Source: Thalia democratica
Lineage: Eukaryota
Reading direction: 5' to 3'
Assembly: GCA_965202585.1 (NCBI GenBank)
Contig: OZ241829.1
Location: forward strand, 77,810,001 to 77,874,000
DNA: 64,000 nt
The translations under genes and the position numbers were made by a program. The notes under the pieces were generated by a model that was given only the letters and a program-made list of their open reading frames with translations, made no database searches and was not told the DNA's origin. Positions within the stretch are counted from its first letter, which is position 1. Each line of letters starts with the position of its first letter. This document shows, in pieces, positions 12,122 through 25,820 of this stretch.

Positions 12122-13065
12122 TTAATTAAACATAGTTTTAGTAAAATCATAATGAATATTTAACCATTTATCTTTTTCAACATCATATAAGTAAACAACT
12201 GTTTTTATGAGAGGTTTTTCAAAATCTTGAAGTATAACAATGTTTCTGCCAATACTAAATGCTTGAAAATACCAATCTTTTATATTAGAAAATTTTATTT
12301 CCGAATTAGTTTTTGTAAATTTTCTCGAACAACTTTCAAATACTTCACAACTTGTAGTATATGCTCCACCAATAACCAACATTTTATTACCCATACTAAC
12401 TGAAGCATGATAAAATCTTTCTTCAGTCATGTCAGGTAAATGATTCCATTTGTTTTCATGAAAGTCATATGCTTCCACTGATTTCAATTCACCATGATTT
12501 ATGTAAAAACCTCCAGTAACAAAAATATTACCGTCAAAAACTGTGAAAACAACACAATGTCTTGCTACATTTAAATCTGCTATTTCATTCCATATATTAC
12601 TATTGATATTAAGGGTATAACACGAACTAAGTCTTTTATCACTGTTCTTAATCCAGACTCTTATTAAATATAATTTATTCATGAATGAAATAATAAAACA
12701 ACAAACCTTTCTTTCATTTGCATATATTGATGAGTCCAAGTTTTAGTTTTTTTAAAATAAATTTCAGTTGACAAAACTAAGTTATTTAAACTTTCATCAA
12801 AATTTATTCTATCACTAACAGCAAGTATATCAGATTTGTTAGCAACTAAATCTAAGCAGTAATGCGTTTTTACCATTGAAGGAAACTTTTTCACTTTAAA
12901 ACTAGGTATTTCTAATTCTAAAGTTTCGTTTGTTCTTTTTCCGTTTTTGTCTTTTCCTCCAATAATCAAAATACCGAAGCTTTCTTGGTTACAATATCTG
13001 TTTTTGTACAAAACTTTTGGTATATGAAAAGGAATTGTCTCTTAATTATCACACATCATAGACAT
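12122..13065 (-). pseudogene. K4: Kelch pseudogene
   Basis: Minus-strand ATG at 13065 (MSMMCDN*) has an early TAA. There is a frameshift near 12700 (ORFs 12679-13011 and 12122-12739). The C-terminus stops at FTKTMFN*. Confidence 0.9.
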
Positions 13066-14443
13066 TTTGCAAGAGCAGAAGTGAGTCTAAAAACACAGAC
13101 TAAAATAAAAATTCTTTAATTTTATATAAAATTTCATTAAAAAAATTTGTTTAACTTATTTTCCAAATAAACATCCTTAAAACTAACAAAAAAGTTAGGG
13201 AAAATATATTTATTATATTCGATTCAATTTGTGTATTAGTAAATTAGTATAAACAAATGATGTGTTTGAAGCTAAAAAATATTTTCAAAAATTTCTGAAT
13301 TGAATAAATATCATGGATACTTTGAAAAAAAGTGCTAATTATCATGAAGAAAAAAAAAGAATAGGTTTTAAACACATAACATTAACTGTAAATACAAGTT
13401 AAGTTGTTTAGTTGACTAAATAATAAGTAAAGTTTGTTCTTAACTAGTAACCATCTTTATTAAAGTATTAAGACTATTAACAGTAGTAGATATTAAAACA
13501 ACTGTATTTAGTAAGTATAAACTGATTAACATAATTAAAAATGCAAATATTATTAATATAAAACAATTATTTATTTGGTTTCATTGAAAATCAATAATAT
13601 TTTTTTTATAGTCTTGTATATTTGAAACGATTTCTTTTAAATAAATGAAATTATTAAATTAGTTCACAGTAGTTTTAATGACCAAGTAATGTTTTTAACA
13701 ATACAGTAATGATTTGTAGGCTTACAACTTATTTACAAGTACTTTAGCACACATTCAAAAATATTACAATAATTAATTACCTAACAAATACATTTCTTTA
13801 ATTGAGCTTGTTGGTTTACTAATGATAAAATTAACCTGCTATGATATTTTTTTAAAGATTAAATATTATCTTAAAAAGGTGGTTGTACTAGACAATAAAT
13901 CTTTTATTTAGTTAGAAAATCAAATGAAAATTTTACTTTTGTAATTCATAACAATACATATTAAAAGTTCATATAAATTTTTCGTTTTTCTAAAGTTTAT
14001 ACTGTTTTATAAACTAATAGTATACCGATTAATAACTAATAATAGAAAATCATTAACAAATGAAGTATAAGATAGCTGAAGAAGTTTATTTTAGAAAAAA
14101 TTAGCTAATAAAAAACTGTTTAGCAATAAACAAAGTCTTTTTTCTTCACCAAATATAAAGATAATTAATTGAATTCATACCAATATAGCTACATTTTATA
14201 TCTATTTGTTATAACAATTTAAAAGTACTAAATAATTGACTAGTTTTTGGCTAAAGTTTTCAGGCATTGTCACTTTATTAATCTTATTAATATATATATA
14301 ATTCTATATAATAAAAAATTTACTTGGCAACTATTTAAACGCTGTTTATATTTCTCATTTAAATATATTTATATTTAGTTTTAAGTATGTTTATATGCTA
14401 ACCTTAACATATAAATTTCTTTTTTAAACAGGATTCTGTTAAA

Positions 14444-14960
14444 ATGACTAAGGTTTCATTAAATTTTGATGTTTTTATGATCAAAATATTCTTTGATTTT
14501 GCTAGTCTGTCTGTTCATTTATTTTTTCTACAAATATAAAAAGCAAGTTTGTCTGGAAGGTAGAAAATTTATACTTGTGTGTAAAAGTTAAGAAATATTT
14601 TGTTAAAAGTAAAAATTTTGTAGAAAAACTCAAGTTTTTAAGTTTTTATCATTCAAAACAAAAAATTATAGCCAGTGCTAAAACAAGTCAGCTTGTAAAG
14701 CTTTTATTAAGTTGCAACTAAAAAAAAGTTTGATAAACAAGTTATAAGAAATGTTCAAGGTCTGTTTACCATGTTCTACAATGGGAAAAATGTGCATCAA
14801 TATGTTGATGTAGACTTTAAAACAGCACTTAAGCGATTAAAACAAATTTGGGTCATGTAAAAAGAGAGTAAGTCATGGCAGTAAGGAACTAAACAGTTAA
14901 GATACAAATAATAAAAGCTCTGATTGAGCGACGCTAACTGAAAAAAGTAATATAAAATAC
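14444..14960 (+). pseudogene. Decayed paralog of the non-Kelch gene at 27502-28983
   Basis: TTTTTAAACAGGATTCTGTTAAAATGACTAAGGTTTCATTAAATTTTGATG matches the minus-strand start of the 28983 gene. Further weak peptide similarity (FKTALKRLKQI vs YNAVDKRLRNI) near 14810; the 3' extent is uncertain. Confidence 0.6.
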
Positions 14961-15820
14961 GCAGTAAATTATAAACGTGTACAGAAAGCAATCAGTAGTA
15001 ATCTAACCTGTTATTCAAAAATTAAATTACTACTTAAAGGAAATCAGAAAAGATAAAATATTGCTTTGATTGTATTTTAAATGAATTTGATAAAATTACT
15101 AAGAACGACAGTAAAAAAAAAAGTTATTTAGAGACAACTTTTTATTTTTTAATAAAGGTAAAGATTATTCAAAGACAAAAACTCAAACAAAAGTTTAGAA
15201 CTGTTAAAAACTTTTTTTTATTGAATTGTCTTAAATTTTTAGAATTTGTTTTATAATGTTAGTATAGTGAAGAAACAGAGCAAATGTTAATATTAAGTAA
15301 GATTTATACAAATTTATAAAAGTTTACTGTATTAAATTGTATCAAAAACTATGATTAAAGTTTGTGGGAATAATTTTAGTTTTACTTTAAATAAATAACT
15401 TAAAGACGTCATCGGAAATAACAAGATTTTCATTTTATTATTTTCTATAAATAATATCTAATATCTTTATGTTAGTTTAATTACTAAATTGACAGCATTT
15501 TGTTATCAATAATCTATTCTAAGTTTAAATATGTTATTTATAATATATATTTTTGTGTGAAGTGAATTATATTGTAAATTAAAATTATACTTTTTTTATG
15601 TGAAAAAATCTGGTTACCAAATTTGAGTCAAACAAATGAAAAACAACTTTTAGTTAGAATCTGTATAAATTTTTTCTAACTTATATGTTATGTTAACTTT
15701 GCTTATCTTGATAATAATTGCTTTTTTGAAAGCATGAAATTTCAACATTTTATAATTATGTTTTACTGTTACAATTTAAATTATTTTTTCTGTGTTTAGA
15801 CTAACTTTATTTCAAGTAAA

Positions 15821-16781
15821 ATGTCTCAGATGCATGAAAAAAACAAGTCAAATCCTTTTCATGTGACAAAATTATTGTATGCAAACAGATATTGTAACCA
15901 AGAAGGCTTCAGTATTTTGATTTGTGGAGGAAGACAAACATATTAAAATACAAACAAATTTTATGAGTTTATAATACGGAGTTTGAAAGTAAATAAATTT
16001 TCTTTTATAGTAGAGCCATTTTATTATTTCTACTTAGCTACTATGAAATCTGATATTATATCTTTTGGTAATATTTGAGAACTAAATCAATTTTAAGATG
16101 AGTCAAATTTATTTCTTGAAATTTATTCTGAAAAAACTTAAACTTTGACTGGTGATTGTGTTGGAAAGAAATAACGATATTGTTACTGTGTCAGTTCATT
16201 CATGAGTGAATTGTATTTAATAGTTGGGTGAGTTGGAAGCAGTGGGAAAAGTGTTAGTTGGCCTCACAGATCACATCAGAAGAAGAAGATGGAATGAAAT
16301 AGCGGATTTAAATGTAACAAGAGATTGTGCTAGATTTACAGTTTTTGAAGGTAAAATTGTTGTTACTGGAGGTAACAAAAAATGGTCTACATTAGAATCA
16401 GTAGAGGCATATGACTATCATGAAAACAAATGGACATTTGTATCTGATATGATCGAAAAAAGATGTAATCATGCTGCAGTTAGTATGGGTAACAAAATGT
16501 TTGTTATTGGTGGATACTATAATAAAAGTTGTGAAGTATTTGATAGTTTTCCAAGAAAATTCACGAAAGTTAACTCAGAAGTTTAAGTTCGCAATTTAGA
16601 AAAGCAATACTTTGATGCTTTCAGCATTGGCAATAATATTGTGATTTTTCAAGGTTTTAGAAAATTTCTGACTAAAACAGTTGTTTACTTATACGATGTT
16701 GAAAAAGAAAAATGGCTTAACAAACAATACGGTTTAACTAAAGGCTTGTTTGATTTAAGTTATGTGAAGTACTTTACCTAA
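15821..16781 (+). pseudogene. K5: Kelch pseudogene (closest paralog K13)
   Basis: MSQMHEKNKSNPFHVTKLLYANRYCNQEGF start, then several stops and frameshifts in 15960-16225. ORF fragment 16224-16586; ends YVKYFT-TAA at 16779-16781. Confidence 0.9.
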
Positions 16782-18954
16782 TTTTAAAAAACTATAGGAA
16801 ATGAGTGCAGCAGTATTATTTAAAGCTTATCAAGTTTAAGTTATACTTAAAAACTGTAACCTATTTATATGATCGACTCAAGCTTTTGTTGTAGAACAAT
16901 TCGTTTTTTGAACACTATTTCCTTATTTAAGTTTCTTTTTATATTGAAATAAAGCATGTAAAACAGAACAATAATTAAGGATGTCAACTTAGTTTTTTAA
17001 ATATGATTAAACAAACTTATTATGTAATAAAAGTTTTTTTTTTCACATCACTCAATTTCTAAATTAAGTTTTAAATTTGTAAATTCTAGTTATTTTCAAT
17101 ATAAATAAATAATATTTAATACGAAGGATAAACCTTTTCTGAAGCATAAATATAAGTTTAAGCTTTACATTGGACCTTAAAATCTATTTAAATCGTTAAA
17201 AAATAAATACAGTAAAAAAAGAAGACATTAGTATGAAAAATATGTCATATAATTAGGCAAGACACAACTATTCCAAATCTAAACTTAACAAGTAAAATAT
17301 TAAAGTACTTTATTCTACTTATCTTTAAAATGCTTTGTGTTAATTAATCTAGCTCGTTGCTCGAAGACCGTAGAATGCGAAAAAGTTTTTTATACGGACA
17401 AGGATTCAAAACTACAGTTTTTATTTTAATTTATAACCAGTATAACAATAAATAAAATATTAAAGAAATTTCAATTACAAATTTACAAGGTAGAACTATT
17501 TTTTGTTAGTTTTACCACAAAAACTTTAATTTATTGTTTGTTAAATTGTTATTTATCTAGCTGAAAACTACCTCGCAAGTTATTGATTATTTAAGTGCCA
17601 CATTTAGTCCGCGGGTCGAATCTTTTTAAAGCTTTAATTTATTAACACTAAACACAGTGCATTTCAACAAGCCTGGTATTTTATGTCAAAAGCACTTTAC
17701 ATTTTTACATTCAAACAAACATGAAAAGTTAATGAATTTAACAATGTTTTTAAGTTTTAAATTTGTAGGTGAGATTTATTTTATTTCTTATAGTTAACTA
17801 CATCTCATAGTTGTGAACATATAACATTTATTTTATTGATCTTTTTTAATCGTAAAGTGGAGTTTTGCAAATCAATCTTAGTCTTGTTTTACGAATATAG
17901 TCCACTAATTCTAGAATTGGCAGCAATTTTGAAACTATGAGTGAGTGTAATTAGTAAAAGTAAAGTTATTGGGTAACTGACTAATTAACGGGCGAGTATT
18001 TTTAAACTTGTGTGTTTATGGAGACGCATATAGAGTGATATTACGAAGTTATAGTTTCTATTACTACTAGAATAACTAAATACTTGTTTTGTATTTACTG
18101 AAACCATAAATGAAACAAAGATTCTTTTAGAGAAAACTTTTTTTTTTACTTTTAGCATAATAAAGCTTATCACCTACTTAAGCTAAAGTTATGTTGGACG
18201 AAAAAGTTGATTGCTGAACTTAAGCTATCTTTCATTTCATTAAAAATAGAATAAACATTTAATGTAATGTTTTACATTTATACTTTTAACAACAGCTTTT
18301 TTAAAATAACTGAATATATAATATTAGTTGCAATAATTTTTTTAGCTATAGTGTGAAAAATAAGTTATTGATTGTATTTAGCTAATCTTAAAAGTTTACA
18401 AAAACAAACAGAAGAGACTAGTTGATAAACATATACAATTTTCAGTATTATAATGACGTCACTTACTAATGTTAGCTTACAATTGGTTTTATATGAATTA
18501 GTATGACTATAAGTAAGTGCTATGGAAACCCAGGATATAGTTTGTAAGGCTTATTTAAGCCTTTATAAAGATGTTTATTGCGTAATTAAAGCTACAAACT
18601 GGGTTTTATTTTATTTTTCTCAAGTTGAATTACATATTTCTATTTTGTTGATTATGAGACAAGATTATTTGTTCATATTGACTCAACAGTCAGTCACAAC
18701 AGAAAAACTTGCTGTCGTCTACAAAATTTTGTTTTACAATCAAGTTACCGTTTGCTAACATGGTCAGTGACGTCAGCATTGAATAGTTGCAGTACAATGT
18801 TTAATGTATTGTCAAATTAAGCTAAACAACTGGTATTTATGGTATTCGTTTTTTATGCGATCGAATAAAACGTCATTGTAAATTAATCAGGAGTCAGCTT
18901 GTACTTACGTGTGCTGTTAGACAAGCTAAAGTTAACATAATGTTTGATCATTTC

Positions 18955-19083
18955 AATAATCGGACCACAAGCCTTCGGTAGACTGATACCCAGGTTTTGT
19001 TCTTATTAACACTAGTCAGTCGGTCGCAACCGAAAAGGTTGCAGTCTACCGAAGACTTATTGTCTGATTATCGAAATGGTATG
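18955..19083. mobile_element. Small inverted-repeat (MITE-like) element
   Basis: Arms AAGCCTTCGGTAGACTG (18969-18985) and CAGTCTACCGAAGACTT (19042-19058) extend outward imperfectly; inner hairpin GCAACC-GAAAA-GGTTGC. Related copies lie at 10544, 18680, 30509, 44281 and 44605. Confidence 0.65.
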
Positions 19084-19715
19084 ATTAAACCTATAATGTG
19101 ACCTATAATTAAATAAATAATATAAACCTATGATTAAATGTTTATTTTAGCTTGAGCTAACACATTTATAAAGTCAAGGCTTAGGCCTGATAGATAGACG
19201 CCGTTGATTTCTTCGATTATTTGAGTAATAATTTTACATTTATTCATTCTAAAATATAAACAATTTAACATTTTAACTATAACAAAGAACTTTAGTAACA
19301 CTAAAATATTCTTTACATTTATTTTATTTTCGTGTCTGACATTATTTTTTATTTCAAAGCTATGTTAAACAAGCATAAAAATAAAAATCTTTATCCAAAG
19401 GTCAAAAATGTAGAGTCTAATAAACAAAAAACTTATCAAAATTATTATCATAACTTACTTAAGTTACTCAAAATCACTGGTTTAAAAAATGCCATAACTG
19501 CTAAGTTGTTTGGTTCGTTACGGTTTATTATAACAAAAACTAAAACTTAAATTTAAAAAATAAAACTTTGTTAATATACGAAAAGAAGCATTCTAAAACA
19601 AAACTTTAAAACCTGTCATGTAAATAAGTTGCACTTTAAAAAGATGAATCAAAAAGTAAAGAAATGAGCTTTACTAATTTTTACTATTATTTAATTACTT
19701 TTTTTCTTTTAATTG

Positions 19716-20681
19716 CTAATCATTAGAGGAATACTTCACATAATTTGATACAAACATGTTTATATTAAAACCACACTGATTCTTTACCCATTTTTCCTTA
19801 TCAACATCATACAAGTAAACAATTGTTTCAGTAAGAGCTTCTTGAGTATCCAGAAATACCACAATATTGTTGCCAATGCTGAATGCATCAAAGTACCATT
19901 TTTCTAAATTAGAAACTTTAATTTCTGACTTTATTTTTATGAATTTTCTCGAACAACAGTCAAATACTTCACAATTTATATTTTTCTCTCCACCAATAAC
20001 AAACAGTTTATTACCCATACTAACTGCAACATAAGAACGTCTCTTTTCAATCATATGAGGTAAATAAGTCCATTTGTTTTCATGATGATCATATGCTTCT
20101 GCTGATTTCAACGGAGACAAATTATTTTCACCTCCAGTGACAACAACTTTACCTTCAAAAATTGTACAAGCAGCACTATTTCTTCCCATATTTAAATTTG
20201 CTATATCACGCCATGCATTACTATTGATGTTGTAAGTGTAACACGAACTGACATTTTTATAATTATTTTTAACCCACCCTCCAATTATATACAATTTACT
20301 CATGAATGAACTAACACAAAAACAAGTCGGTTCTTTCATTTTCAAATTTTGATGATTCCAAGCTTTATTTTTTTTAGAATAAATTTCAACAGGTACAGCT
20401 GACAAATCAAAGTTTTTATTTTGATCTTCACAATAGCAAATAGCAAGTATATCAGATTTGATACTAACTAAATCTAAGTAGCAATGTGGTTTTACCATTG
20501 AAGGAAATTTGTTCACTTTAAAACTAGGTATTTCCAATTCTAAAACTTCGTTTGTAACTTTCCCATTTTTGTCTTCACCTCCACAAATCAAAACACTGAA
20601 GCCTTCTTGGTTACAATATCTGTTTTCATATAAAACTTTTGGTATTTGGAAAGGAATTGAGTTGTTTTTTTCAGGCATCAT
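19716..20681 (-). CDS. K6: intact Kelch-only beta-propeller protein, 321 aa
   Basis: Uninterrupted ORF with six predicted blades (ICGG, ILAIC, IIGG, VTGG, VIGG, IVVF; YD..W spacing) and no BTB/BACK. Confidence 0.9.
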   Translation of the reverse strand: MMPEKNNSIPFQIPKVLYENRYCNQEGFSVLICGGEDKNGKVTNEVLELEIPSFKVNKFPSMVKPHCYLDLVSIKSDILAICYCEDQNKNFDLSAVPVEIYSKKNKAWNHQNLKMKEPTCFCVSSFMSKLYIIGGWVKNNYKNVSSCYTYNINSNAWRDIANLNMGRNSAACTIFEGKVVVTGGENNLSPLKSAEAYDHHENKWTYLPHMIEKRRSYVAVSMGNKLFVIGGEKNINCEVFDCCSRKFIKIKSEIKVSNLEKWYFDAFSIGNNIVVFLDTQEALTETIVYLYDVDKEKWVKNQCGFNINMFVSNYVKYSSND

Positions 20682-22982
20682 AGTTTTTTGTGTGAGATAG
20701 GAAAAAGCTAAATATTAGAAATTAAAGTTAAACAAAACAAATAATGAAGAAAATTATAAGATGTATTAGTTATAACAAAATAAGTTCTTCAAAAATAAAT
20801 CATAATAAAAATATGCCTATTTCAAAATTTTAATATTGTAATTAAAAACTATATATATTAATTCTAAATAACAAGTGCTTCATAAATTTTACTTAGATTT
20901 AGTAAAATTGTTTTATTTAGACTTTAAAGCTTTAATTTTATCTCATCATATTTATTTTACGCTACTTTGTTTATTAATGATAGAAAATACCTCAAATAAT
21001 TTTTTTTAAACCAAATACTTTTGTTAAAAAGTTATTTTACTAGACAAAGTAGTATTGTTTTTTAAGGAATCACTAAAAAAGTTGTTCTTTTTGAAGTTTG
21101 AATTTTACCAAGTTTAGTTAGTTTAAAAATATCTATTTGTGACATTATATTATTTACTTAAACACTTTTCACTTCTTAGGTTAAAAAATATAAATACAAA
21201 ATTACAAGTAAATACTAAATGTAAGAAGGTAAATAAACTAAAACTTATGGCGTTAAGTTAATTATTAAAGTTTTGTAATTAAATTAACTTAAGCAACCTA
21301 AAACCCAAACTATAAGGTAAAACTTTAAAAGTATAATTTTACAAAAACAACTAAGGCTTGATAAAGTTTGAAAATTTAAAGTTGTTTTTGTCAGCTCCAT
21401 GGTTTGCAGTTCTCAATGCTTAATGATTTATTATATCTATTGATGTTTTAGACTGTAAAAGTATTTAAACTAAATATCTAAATAATAATAACATAAACGT
21501 TTAAAAAAACAAAGTGCATCTAAATTTAAATTTGCAAGCCTAAAACTTTAAAACAAAGAAGTATAAACTATTTGAAAAGTCATGTTAAATTAAGATAAAC
21601 GAAAAATGATAAAAATGCAATCGACATTCACATAACCCATTATTGCAGTATGAATGTTAAAAGTTTATAAAAAGACTCTAAATTGTAAATTAACATAAAT
21701 AAAATTTTATAAACTCAAACTTTCTTTTTCAATAAACAAACTTTAATAAAAGTTTGATTAAATACTCATCAACCTTTTTTTTAATTAGTAAACAACTATA
21801 TGCACTAAGTAGTTTTTTAAACCTACAAGGAAATTAAAGATAGATATAAAACTGGGTAGGCTAATTCAAGATATCAATAATTAAATATTTACGTTTAAAT
21901 ACTCAAAATTTCTTATATCCTTTCATAAAATATGTTTTGTTTTTTAAGGAAAAGTATTTGTTGTTTGGGATTTATTTTAATAGTTATTTTTTAATTTTGG
22001 TAGCTTTTAAATTATTTTCATTAGGCAAAATGTAGGTACACAAAGACAAAAATTCTTTAGGTACGTCTTGCCAGTTTGGTACGCTCTTTTGCGCAGTGTT
22101 CAAAATGTATACCTATTTAGCAGTTTACTGCACCTTAACTGTCTGTTAAACTACTTATAAATAAATTATTAATCCTATAATCATTGCTGTATTCTTAAAT
22201 AAAGTGTTAGACGCAAATGTTAACTTATTACTTACTTGTAAGTAATAAAACTAAAACAATAATTTGATGGGTTTAGATACTAAATATATTAAATGACAAA
22301 ATCCGAGGCTTTTTAGTTAAGTTTAATATAAATTTATTACAAATTAAGGAGAATTTCACAACATGGTAATAAACTACCTATATTATTTTTATAAAAGCAA
22401 CTATAATCTGTAGTTTTTAACCTACTGTAAACTTACTAGAATATTTTAAATTACTCAATAACTTTTTTTACGCTTCTACTTAGTTAAATAAATTCACACT
22501 TTTTCAATATTTAGTATCTAATACTGATAATAGACTATAAGTTTCAATTTTTAAAGCTGACAAATTATAAGTTATTTATAATAAATATTTAGTTAAACAT
22601 GTTATTGACTTTATAATTTTAATCAGTAATATGTATTTATAACATTTAATATTATTGTTTTCTAAGATAAACAGTACTGTTATTTTTTAGATTAAATTAT
22701 GTAATTTTAACAATATTCATAGAGAATTTTAAACTTTTTAAGAATAAACATAATGTTTGTTTCCCAAATTTAAGTCAAATACCAAAAACAGTTATTTTTT
22801 TAAGTCTAAATATAACTATTATTTACAAAATTGTTACTTTAAACTTTGCGAATTTTTTATCATAAACGTTTATGAAAAATTTTTAATTTTCATTCATCTT
22901 TTATATAATTTTGTTTAAAATATGTTAGGTTTAACTATATTTTTTTGTTTTTAGACTAATTTTATCCCTGCAAAATTCTATT

Positions 22983-23927
22983 ATGCATGAAGAAAACAAT
23001 TCAGTTCCTTTTCAAGGACCAATAGTTATGTATGAAAACAGATATTGTAATCAAGAAGGTTTCAGTATTTTGATTTGTGGAGGAGAAGACAAAAATGGGA
23101 TAGTTACAAACGAAGTTTTAGAATTAGAAATACCTAGTTTTAAAGTAAACAAATTTCCTTCAATGGCAGAACCGCATTATTATTTAGATTTAGTTAATAC
23201 CAAATCTGATATACTTGCTGTTAGTGATAGAGTAAATTCGAATAAAACTTCTGATGATTCAGTTGTATCTGTTGAAATTTATTCTAAAAAAAACGAAACT
23301 TGGACTCATCAATATGTGAAAATTAAAGAACGGTCTTGTTATTATATTACTTCATTCAAGAGTAAAATGTATTTAATTGGAGGATATAATACAAACAAAG
23401 AGAAATATCTTAATTCGTGTTCTACTTATGATATCAATAGTAAAACATGGAATGAAATAGCAGATTTAAATGAAGCAAGAGGTTTCACGACTTGTGCAGT
23501 TTTTGAAGGTAAAATTGTTGTTACTGGAGGTGAAATTGATTTGTGTTCATTGAAATCAGTAGAAGCATATGATTATCATGACAACAAATGGAAGTATTTA
23601 CCTGATATGATTGAAACAAGAATTGATCATGCTGCAGTTAGTATGGGTAATAAACTGTTTGTTATTGGTGGATACAAAAGTACAAGTTGTGAAGTATTTG
23701 AAAGTTTTTCAAGAGAGTTTACAAAAATTAATTCAGAAATTAAAGATTTTGGTTTAAATATATGGTACTATTATGCTTTCAGCATTGGAAATAATATTGT
23801 AGTGTTTCAAAATTTTCAAAATCTCTGTACAGAAACAGTTGTTTACTTATACAATGTTGACAAAGAAAAATGGTCAAACTTTCAGTGTGATTTTAATAAA
23901 AATAACTTTGTAAAGTACTATACCTAA
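22983..23927 (+). CDS. K7: intact Kelch-only beta-propeller protein, 314 aa
   Basis: Uninterrupted ORF MHEENN...FVKYYT with the Kelch GG/Y/W motifs; in-frame 4-codon deletion near the C-terminus relative to K1. Confidence 0.9.
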   Translation: MHEENNSVPFQGPIVMYENRYCNQEGFSILICGGEDKNGIVTNEVLELEIPSFKVNKFPSMAEPHYYLDLVNTKSDILAVSDRVNSNKTSDDSVVSVEIYSKKNETWTHQYVKIKERSCYYITSFKSKMYLIGGYNTNKEKYLNSCSTYDINSKTWNEIADLNEARGFTTCAVFEGKIVVTGGEIDLCSLKSVEAYDYHDNKWKYLPDMIETRIDHAAVSMGNKLFVIGGYKSTSCEVFESFSREFTKINSEIKDFGLNIWYYYAFSIGNNIVVFQNFQNLCTETVVYLYNVDKEKWSNFQCDFNKNNFVKYYT

Positions 23928-25044
23928 TTGTCTGAAGTTATAGGAACGCATGTTTAATAACAAGGAAAAGAGTTTTTCAAACCGGTTTTAACTTCGTTTA
24001 AGTTAATATTTCAAACTGGAACGTATTTTCAAATGTCGTATCAAATTTTTATTTTGACTGCTTTTCTTCGCTTATGTTGAACAAAAATCATTCTGTTGAT
24101 AAAAAGTTTTATTTTGTTTTGCAAAGAACATAAAAAATCAAAACCGTTTATTTACTACATTTTATTATTAGTAAAGATTTTCATTGGATTATTCCATTTT
24201 TCAACTAAACATTTTTCAGTTAGAAATATTTGTTTTGATAGTTTTGATTCGCTTTTGTTCATTAAAAAATTTAGTTAAAAAAAAAAGTTTTTTTGTTTTC
24301 CAAAGAATAATAATAAGCAAAACAACCAAGTTTTCGAAAATTTCTTACAACTAACTTTAATGTAAAATATGTTTATTCTTTATTCAATTTAACCAAGTGA
24401 GTTTAATTTTTTGAGCATCTTATAGAAAAATAAACAAACTATCTAAAAAGTGATTAAATTAAACTTCTGTCATAAGATCAGTTGATAAACAAAGTTATTA
24501 GTTTTCAACTAAAAAAAAATATTAAAGTTTAATTCATTGATTTAAAAACTGTAGCTGAAAACTAATAAGTTAAAGATTCTTTTGAGGGCTACATTTAGCT
24601 CGTAGCACGAAACTTACCATATTTTGGATTATTTATCTCAAACTACAGCAGTTTTTACCAAAGGTACTTTATGTAAAAAATATAAATACTTTATTGTAGA
24701 AATAATAATTAAATATTTACACTTTTTTTGTTCAAATACGTAAATTAGGTGCATACATTTAAACAAACTTAATTTTCTTTGTTTATATCTTTTAAAATAT
24801 CAAAATCGTTTTTTCTGTTTGTTAATCGTGCAGTCGAATTGATGTAACGATGTCAGTTTGGTTTTACGGTATCAGTTAAAGATTAGTATTTTAATTGTTT
24901 TCAATTATTATTAGTTATAATAATTATATACGTATATTTTTTTTTATCTAATCATTTGAGTCATGAAGTGGAGTTTTGTAATTTAATATTAGTCTTGTTT
25001 TACGCCTTGTTTTATATTATGTTTAATATTGTAAATTTATCTAA

Positions 25045-25330
25045 CAGCGGGGGTCGGCAAATTGAAGCCCTAATCCTAAATGCTTCTTACAAAATTATCT
25101 TACAAAATTCAAAATACAATTGAAGAAAACTTGATAACTAATATAAGTACTAAGTATAAATTCATTTATAATTTAAACGCATGTATTTGTGGGTGACGTC
25201 GTTAAGATATCTATAATCACAAAAAACATGTAGCTATTATTTTCTTAAACTTAAAATTATTGTTTTTCTTCTAAATTATTTAAGCTGTCTATCGCAATCT
25301 CTTGCCACCGAAACCGGTCGCGAATAAAAT
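25045..25330 (+). mobile_element. hAT-like non-autonomous element remnant
   Basis: Begins CAGCGGGGGTCGGCAA, resembling CAGGGGTCGGCAA hAT termini; GC-rich CTTGCCACCGAAACCGGTCGCG near 25305. The right boundary is uncertain. Confidence 0.35.
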
Positions 25331-25553
25331 ATACAATTTGCATAATTCTATTTCAACTATTCAAGCAAAATATAAAATTTTTGTAACTATTACAAGCACA
25401 AAATTACTTATATTTACAATATTCTGTTAACGGTAAAATTTAGCTTGATTAAAATGCATCAAAACTTAGGCCTACTTTTTACTATTAACATATTACTATT
25501 TATTATTAATATTTCATTTAAGAAATGTTTACTTTGAAAATCAACTAGAAAAT

Positions 25554-25820
25554 NNNNNNNNNNNNNNNNNNNNNNNNNNNNNNNNNNNNNNNNNNNNNNN
25601 NNNNNNNNNNNNNNNNNNNNNNNNNNNNNNNNNNNNNNNNNNNNNNNNNNNNNNNNNNNNNNNNNNNNNNNNNNNNNNNNNNNNNNNNNNNNNNNNNNNN
25701 NNNNNNNNNNNNNNNNNNNNNNNNNNNNNNNNNNNNNNNNNNNNNNNNNNNNNNNNNNNNNNNNNNNNNNNNNNNNNNNNNNNNNNNNNNNNNNNNNNNN
25801 NNNNNNNNNNNNNNNNNNNN
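25554..25820. other. Assembly gap (267 N)
   Basis: Run of N characters. Confidence 1.

Noticed and set aside
20509-20700. Short ORFs antisense to Kelch 5' ends (also 32606-32797)
   Set aside because: Antisense shadows of conserved Kelch codons.
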